DNA of 12,761 nt. Origin: an uncultured bacterium. GTDB lineage: Bacteria; JAJVIF01; JAPKYR01. The notes beneath the pieces are model-generated. The model made no database searches and was not told where the DNA came from. It was given only the letters and a program-made list of their open reading frames with translations. Made by a program: the position numbers and the translations under genes. Positions 7,321-12,761 of the stretch are shown here, in pieces. Location: contig CBDURU010000103.1 of the NCBI GenBank assembly GCA_965369865.1, forward strand, positions 1 to 12,761, in the 5' to 3' direction. Numbering within the stretch: the first letter of the stretch is position 1; the number at the start of each line of letters is the position of its first letter.

Positions 7321-7467
7321 CTATTCCACCGAGTTATTCTCATCCTTAATCTCAAAATCTTCGTCCGTATATTTACGTGACCCTGCTGCGATAAAAAGAC
7401 AAACAGCAAGTCCCCCATAAAGCAGCAAACATCCAAATGCCAGCATAATCCATGCGCCAACGCTCAT
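7321..7467 (-). CDS. MetS-family NSS transporter small subunit (48 aa, not in the ORF track)
   Basis: MSVGAWIMLAFGCLLLYGGLAVCLFIAAGSRKYTDEDFEIKDENNSVE*. Single TM helix with a MS..A.IM.....LYGGL pattern, AGGAGGTG RBS, and ATGA overlap with the transporter stop. Confidence 0.85.
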   Translation of the reverse strand: MSVGAWIMLAFGCLLLYGGLAVCLFIAAGSRKYTDEDFEIKDENNSVE

Positions 7468-8954
7468 GACGACACCTCCTCTTTACTTTTACCAGATTGT
7501 ATGCCGCTCATGATGAAGCTTGTAATAAGCAGCACGACGATAAGTCCCCAGCCTCCGATCATGCGCCATATCAGGTCGTAGCCCTCATACGGATTTCTGA
7601 TGTCATTGATGACTCCCCAGACAAGAATGACCGCAAGCACCGGTGTGGAAATATATTTGATCATTATCAGCCACCACATGCCTGCCTTGATTTCGGAGAC
7701 TTTGTCTATCTGAACCTGGAGGGATTTCAGGTTGAAGAACCATCCGAGGAACAGGACCTCGAGGAACGCGACCAGGATCAGGCCGTAGTCGTTGACCCAG
7801 TGGTCGACAATATCGAGCCAGTAAAGCCCGCCGTCGGTGATGAACAGCAGTCCCGCGAGAAATCCAACCACGCAGAGGATCACTGTTGTTGTATGACGTT
7901 TTATTTTTATCTCATCGGAGAACGCGGTACTTGCCGCTTCGACCAGGCTGAACGCGGAGTCGATTCCAAGGGTTAATAACATCAGGAAGAAGATTATCCC
8001 TATTGCTACCGCGCCCGCGGGAAGAAGAGCGATTGCCTTCGGGAATGTGACAAACGCGAGTCCAAGACCGCTGCTTACGACCTCGGTTACTGGAACCCCC
8101 TGCTGTTGAGCCATGTAACCCAGAACACTGAAAACCGCGAATCCCGCGAAGAACGATGTTCCGCAGTTCGCCAGTCCGGTGATGAAACCGTTGTTGACCA
8201 CGTCCGCGTTTTTCGGACGAAACGAAGCGTAGGCGATCATTATGCCGAATCCGACCGACAGCGAGAAGAATATCTGCCCGTATGCCGCCTTCCAGACGTT
8301 GATATCACTCAGCTTGGAAAAATCGGGTGTCAGGTAAAGGCTGAGTCCATCTATTGCTCCGGGAAGCGTGACGCCCCGGAAGAAAAGTATGGCGAGTAAC
8401 AGGAATGGAAGCGGTACGGTGACAAGGACCACCTTGCCGACTGACTTCACGCCTTTCCTGACGCAGAGATAAATCAGGAGCCAGGTAACAGCCAGGCCAA
8501 TGATCAGTGCCGGGGAAATGCCGCCAAGCTGGCCGGGTCCTTCGCTCAAATGAAGGATCTCCTGGTAAAAGAAATCCTCCTCGCTGCCCTGCCATTTTAA
8601 ACTGAAGGCATGGACGAGGTAGTTGACGCTCCACGCCATGATCGCGCAGTAATAAAATGTAACGATCGAGGCGATCAGAATGGCGTACCAGCCGACAAAT
8701 TCAAATGCCTTGTTCGCTTTCCTGAGAGCGGTCGGCGCCCCTCCCTGGAACCTCTGGCCCAAAGCCATTTCGAGAATAAGAATTGGAATTCCTGCGGTAA
8801 GGAGAGCGACAAAATAGGGGATCAGAAATGCTCCCCCTCCATTCTCATAGGCCATGTAGGGGAATCGCCACACATTCCCAAGCCCGATCGCACTACCTAT
8901 CGCGGCTAATATGAAAGCCCCTCGTGAATCCCAGCGTTCACGTTTTTTCCCCAT
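7464..8954 (-). CDS. Sodium-dependent transporter, NSS/SNF (SLC6) family, MetP-like
   Basis: RERWDSRGAFILAAIGSAIGLGNVWRFPY...NGGGAFLIPY, AAYGQIFFSLSVGFG, TSFFAGFAVFS, GLAFVTFP, LGIDS. Multiple TM segments; AGGAGG RBS. Confidence 0.95.
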   Translation of the reverse strand: MGKKRERWDSRGAFILAAIGSAIGLGNVWRFPYMAYENGGGAFLIPYFVALLTAGIPILILEMALGQRFQGGAPTALRKANKAFEFVGWYAILIASIVTFYYCAIMAWSVNYLVHAFSLKWQGSEEDFFYQEILHLSEGPGQLGGISPALIIGLAVTWLLIYLCVRKGVKSVGKVVLVTVPLPFLLLAILFFRGVTLPGAIDGLSLYLTPDFSKLSDINVWKAAYGQIFFSLSVGFGIMIAYASFRPKNADVVNNGFITGLANCGTSFFAGFAVFSVLGYMAQQQGVPVTEVVSSGLGLAFVTFPKAIALLPAGAVAIGIIFFLMLLTLGIDSAFSLVEAASTAFSDEIKIKRHTTTVILCVVGFLAGLLFITDGGLYWLDIVDHWVNDYGLILVAFLEVLFLGWFFNLKSLQVQIDKVSEIKAGMWWLIMIKYISTPVLAVILVWGVINDIRNPYEGYDLIWRMIGGWGLIVVLLITSFIMSGIQSGKSKEEVSS

Positions 8955-9004
8955 ATAGAGCCTCCTGGGACACTATAAGGATTAGGTTATAAATGAAAGC
9001 CGAC

Positions 9005-9013
9005 AGTATATCA
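9005..9013 (-). promoter_or_regulatory. Extended -10 promoter for the NSS operon
   Basis: The minus strand reads TG-A-TATACT, 50 nt upstream of ATG 8954. Confidence 0.5.
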
Positions 9014-9094
9014 GACTTATTCAGATTTGGCGATATTTAATTTGTCATATTGATGCGTATGAATCTCGCTAAATTTTAAGCTGCACTAATTTTA

Positions 9095-9103
9095 TGATAT
9101 ACT
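9095..9103 (+). promoter_or_regulatory. Extended -10 promoter for the exonuclease-WYL gene
   Basis: TG-A-TATACT at the end of the AT-rich divergent intergenic region. Confidence 0.5.
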
Positions 9104-9202
9104 CTATTTTCAATAAGGACTCACGTCCACGGGCGGTCCGGCGGGTATGGACAGGGCCATTGGCATGAGAGGAGATGGCACAACCTTTCGCCAGGACCAG
9201 AT

Positions 9203-10054
9203 ATGCGTTCGTCTATTTTTGTCGCTTTCGATACTGAAACAACAGGTTTATATCCTGGTTTCGACCAGATTGTCGAAATCGCTGCTTGCCGTTTCTCCAA
9301 CGGCAGGATGTATGATAATTTCCAGACTCTTGTTAACCCGATGCGTGATATTCCCCCCGAGGTTATAGCTATCCATGGAATTACCGAGGAGATGGTTAGT
9401 GATGCACCGGCCGGGGACGATGCGGTCAGGGCTTTCTTTGAATTCGTTGGAGTAGACCCGTTAATCGCTCATAACGCCCCATTCGATGAAAGGTTCATCT
9501 CATTCAACTGCCATAAATTCGGAATCGATGCGCCTGGCAATCCTGTCTACGATTCCCTGTTACTTTCCAGAAGACTTTTCCCGGAATTAAACAGCCATGG
9601 CCTTGCATCGCTTACCGATGTGTTCGGGATCCCACACGAAACCAAGCACCGTGGAATGCCTGATGTGATCGGACTTCATGGTGTTTTCGAACAATGCCTG
9701 AACCGTCTCGAGAAAATTAATGTCCTGACCAGGGATGATTTCGACAGGTGGTATGGCGACACGATCCATTTCAGCCCTGAAAAATACGATCTTCTTGTGA
9801 CCTTGCCCACGGACTTTAAGCCATTGAAGGATGCCATTGAAAAGGGAGAGTGTCTCGAGGTGGTCTATGAAGACCGCAGCGGGGCCCGCACCACGAGAAG
9901 GATCGATCCGCAGGGATTATATGTGGCTTACGGCAATTTATACCTCACCGCGTACTGCCATCTCAGGGAAGCTAACCGGAATTTCAAACTTGAACGTATT
10001 CATGCTTTTCGAACAGTAGACGAGACCACCTGCCCGAATTTGGAAAGACCATGA
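9203..10054 (+). CDS. DEDDh (DnaQ-like) 3'-5' exonuclease fused to a C-terminal WYL domain
   Basis: Exo I FDTETTG, Exo II AHNAPFD and Exo III HRGMPD are all intact. C-terminal LEVVYEDRSGARTTRRIDP...LYLTAYCHLREANRNFKLERI fits the WYL signature. Confidence 0.88.
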   Translation: MRSSIFVAFDTETTGLYPGFDQIVEIAACRFSNGRMYDNFQTLVNPMRDIPPEVIAIHGITEEMVSDAPAGDDAVRAFFEFVGVDPLIAHNAPFDERFISFNCHKFGIDAPGNPVYDSLLLSRRLFPELNSHGLASLTDVFGIPHETKHRGMPDVIGLHGVFEQCLNRLEKINVLTRDDFDRWYGDTIHFSPEKYDLLVTLPTDFKPLKDAIEKGECLEVVYEDRSGARTTRRIDPQGLYVAYGNLYLTAYCHLREANRNFKLERIHAFRTVDETTCPNLERP

Positions 10055-10076
10055 CTGATTTGAAAATGTCCGGGCT

Positions 10077-11975
10077 ATGGGGAGCAGAATGGACCAGGCC
10101 GGAGAAGTACTAATTAAATTGTTCGCCCCTCCCGTGGTTGCGGCATTCATCGGATTGATCGCACTGGGCCTTGGCTCGTTCATTGTCCGCCCCCTTACAG
10201 GAACGAACTACCCCCCGTTCGTGGAGAGTTTTGCTTTCGGCGCTATTCTGATCTCCCTCCTGACTTTCTTCTGGGGAATGTTCGGATGGATGACCGCATA
10301 TGTAAAATGGTCGCTCGGGCTGGTTTTGATCCTCGCGGGTATCTCAGGATTACTACAGGGTTTCCCCCGATGGCCTGTTCCCCAGGCAAGTTTCAAAAAC
10401 CGGACTATCCTGGTTTTAAGCCTGTTACTGGCCGTTGGGATACTCATGAGGATTATCCTCAACCCCCTTTTCCCACCTCTTGCCACGGATGAATGCTCCT
10501 TCTGGCTTCCCTCTGTGAACGCATTCCTGGAATCCGGAAGGATGGAGTTCAATCCGCATATCAGCTTCGATTCTCACCCGCAAAATGCGGAGATGCTTTA
10601 TACCTGGGCCATTACAAATGCCCCGCTCACCACCTCGCACTATTTAAATTTCCTCGCGTTTGCTTTTACTATGCTTGCTGTCGTCCGGCTTGGACGGATT
10701 GTGTACTCGTTAAAAATCGGTTGGCTGGCGGCCATAATTACCGCATCGCTACTTGAACTCCAGCTCCTTTCCGGGCAGGCCGCTCCCGATCTTTGGCTGC
10801 TCTTTTATATCGTCGCGGCTTTACTTTGTACCGCTGAGGGAGTGCGGGACGGAAATCCCGGACGAATCATCCTCGCGGGAATTCTTTTCGGTGGAGCTGC
10901 CGGGACCGGCTACACTGCACTGATCGCGATAATCACACTTGCGATTTCGTTCACGCTGGTTGGCCTTAAAAAAAATCTCACACTCAAATTGCCTAAATGG
11001 TCGATTTACGGAGCGTTCTTTGCATTTATCCTTTTAGCAGCCCCCTGGTACGTTCGAAATATTCTCTGGTTCCATAACCCGGTGTTCCCCTTTTACTCAT
11101 CGGTCTTTCTCCCCGGCGGCGGTATCTTTGGCGAGTACGGTCCCGAATGCGCGATAAGGACAGGCTGGATTTTCCATACCGAAACAGCGAAGTATTACTT
11201 CGAAAAGGGCGAGTTATGGCCCGAGATTTTGAAATTGTGGCCGGCATGGATCGGTATCCCGTCCGGATTATGGTTCTGGCGTTCATCACTATTCGTGAGG
11301 ATCTCTATCACCTGGACCATCCTCATCTGGGGATTCTGGATGATTTTTGGTGAAGGAATTTTGCATTTCCCTTACCTTATGTGCCTTATCCCGGTAAACA
11401 TCATTGTGCTCGCACATTTCTTCAGCCGGGTGTATACAACTCCACCTGGTTCGGAAAGAGGAAGGTTCATCCGGGTAATGCTCTGGATACTCCTTGTCGG
11501 CTGGATCGGGATTGCCGGTGCGGGCACATCCAGGTTTAACCCGCCGCTTACGAGCGACCGTGAAGTCCGTATCCTAAGCACGTTCAATTCATCCTACGAC
11601 CTGGTGACCATGGCAAACACGTCAATTTCGGAGAACATGAGCGCACTGGGGATTCTCTGCGGCGACGGACGATTGTACGCGGACTTCAAGCTGATCGGCG
11701 GGAGCGATACAGGCTGGGGCAATCACAGGGTTATCTCCGACAACTGTACATCCGCAGCCGAACTTGTTGGACTTATGCTGAACCGGTATCACACTAATTA
11801 CCTTATTGTTAACGAGGAAAGATTGCACCGCATTGTTAACGAGCAAGCACACCAAAGGTCCAGTGAGATGTACTGGAGAATAAATAACTTGTTAAGATCG
11901 GATGATTTCAATAATAACTTCAAGGAGGTCGCTAGGGTCGGCGAAGGCGCGGTTTACATCGTCAGATCGGACTGA
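10077..11975 (+). CDS. Polytopic membrane protein, GT-C (ArnT/PMT, GT39-like) glycosyltransferase-like
   Basis: 632 aa with many TM helices, an acidic DE in the first large loop, PQNAEMLY, PWYVRNILWFHNPVFP and a soluble C-terminal domain. The start could be 10089. Confidence 0.6.
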   Translation: MGSRMDQAGEVLIKLFAPPVVAAFIGLIALGLGSFIVRPLTGTNYPPFVESFAFGAILISLLTFFWGMFGWMTAYVKWSLGLVLILAGISGLLQGFPRWPVPQASFKNRTILVLSLLLAVGILMRIILNPLFPPLATDECSFWLPSVNAFLESGRMEFNPHISFDSHPQNAEMLYTWAITNAPLTTSHYLNFLAFAFTMLAVVRLGRIVYSLKIGWLAAIITASLLELQLLSGQAAPDLWLLFYIVAALLCTAEGVRDGNPGRIILAGILFGGAAGTGYTALIAIITLAISFTLVGLKKNLTLKLPKWSIYGAFFAFILLAAPWYVRNILWFHNPVFPFYSSVFLPGGGIFGEYGPECAIRTGWIFHTETAKYYFEKGELWPEILKLWPAWIGIPSGLWFWRSSLFVRISITWTILIWGFWMIFGEGILHFPYLMCLIPVNIIVLAHFFSRVYTTPPGSERGRFIRVMLWILLVGWIGIAGAGTSRFNPPLTSDREVRILSTFNSSYDLVTMANTSISENMSALGILCGDGRLYADFKLIGGSDTGWGNHRVISDNCTSAAELVGLMLNRYHTNYLIVNEERLHRIVNEQAHQRSSEMYWRINNLLRSDDFNNNFKEVARVGEGAVYIVRSD

Positions 11976-11994
11976 TACCAATCCCATTACTTTG

Positions 11995-12068
11995 GGGACA
12001 CGTGCTTTTTTCCCTAATTACCAACTAGCATGATTCAAGCTCGTAACTGGAGAAAAAAGACATGTCCC
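11995..12068. repeat. Repeat D long imperfect inverted repeat
   Basis: GGGACACGTGCTTTTTTCCCTAATTAC (11995-12021) pairs with GTAACTGGAGAAAAAAGACATGTCCC (12043-12068). Confidence 0.8.
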
Positions 12069-12084
12069 GGGATCGTCACTATAT

Positions 12085-12157
12085 GGGGACATCTCTTTTC
12101 GCCCGTCAAAATATACAGGGGACATCTCTTTTCGCCCGTCGAAAAGCAGGTGTCCCC
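12085..12157. repeat. Repeat D: 23-bp direct duplication plus hairpin
   Basis: GGGGACATCTCTTTTCGCCCGTC is exact at 12085-12107 and 12118-12140. The second copy folds with CGAAAAG-c-AGGTGTCCCC (to 12157). Confidence 0.88.
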
Positions 12158-12236
12158 GGTCTTCCCTTTGCCGATATTTCAGGTATAATAATATCATAAT
12201 AGATTGAAATCATATGTCTATAATTGGAGCAGGACG

Positions 12237-12761
12237 ATGAAAGGATTCCGGCTTAGTGTTTCACTGATAATTACTGCTTTGCTCCTTGTAAACTGTGCGG
12301 GATGTGGTGGTCCGGTCACGCCGGGTGATTACATGCCGCCAGTTTGGGACACAACTACTGGCATCACTAGTGTGGTGCCGGGTGAAAACCATGTCACGGT
12401 GACCTGGGGTACGGCAACCGACGCCATGACTCCACCGGTTGAGTATCTGCTTTACATCGATGAGGATGACAATCCGTGGGACACGTCACCTGTTATTAAA
12501 CCGACAAACGATCCGCATGTATTCGCGAATCTCGAGAATGGCACGGAATACTGGTGCAGTGTGCGATCCAGGGACAGTGCCGATCCGCCGAATATTGATG
12601 ACAATAATGTGGTGATGTCTGCGACGCCTGAAGAGGGGCAGGTTACGCTGGATACAACACCTCCGGTTTGGGATGACACAGTCGGAGTGGTGACTGTCGT
12701 TCAGGGGGAAGGTTCTGTGACAGTGGTATGGGGATCTGCGACAGACGCTGAGTCACCGCCG
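12237..12761 (+). CDS. Putative lipoprotein with fibronectin type III-like repeats (5' partial, runs off the window)
   Basis: MKGFRLSVSLIITALLLVNCAGCGG lipobox-like signal. Repeat units DYMPPVWDTTTGITSVVPGENHVTVTWGTATDAMTPP and DTTPPVWDDTVGVVTVVQGEGSVTVVWGSATDAESPP. NLENGTEYWCSVRSRD resembles an FN3 tyrosine corner. GGAG RBS; no stop in the window. Confidence 0.8.
   Translation, partial: MKGFRLSVSLIITALLLVNCAGCGGPVTPGDYMPPVWDTTTGITSVVPGENHVTVTWGTATDAMTPPVEYLLYIDEDDNPWDTSPVIKPTNDPHVFANLENGTEYWCSVRSRDSADPPNIDDNNVVMSATPEEGQVTLDTTPPVWDDTVGVVTVVQGEGSVTVVWGSATDAESPP

Noticed and set aside
238..12679. Remaining overlapping or antisense ORFs in the six-frame track
   Set aside because: They are shadow ORFs of well-supported genes, with no recognisable motifs.

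Overview
Bacterial chromosomal segment of moderately GC-rich genes separated by AT-rich, repeat-laden intergenic regions. Gene order: glnS; a hicB-hicA toxin-antitoxin pair; an iron-sulfur flavoprotein; an orphan acidic secreted protein (minus); a tandem HD-GYP protein coupled to a degenerate adenine methyltransferase-like protein; an NSS transporter plus an unannotated 48-aa MetS-like subunit (minus); a DEDDh exonuclease-WYL fusion; a GT-C-like membrane protein; and the 5' part of an FN3-like repeat lipoprotein. The most unusual features are non-coding. Four dispersed repeat families are present: A (28 bp, REP-like), B (64-77 bp, palindromic ends with a fixed-length 20-nt variable core), C (24-43 bp, AT-rich) and D (GGGACA...TGTCCC hairpins). 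A and B bracket the orphan gene like a cassette. No transposase, integrase, CRISPR array, tRNA or rRNA was recognised. All family calls are by-eye motif recognition; no database search was run.
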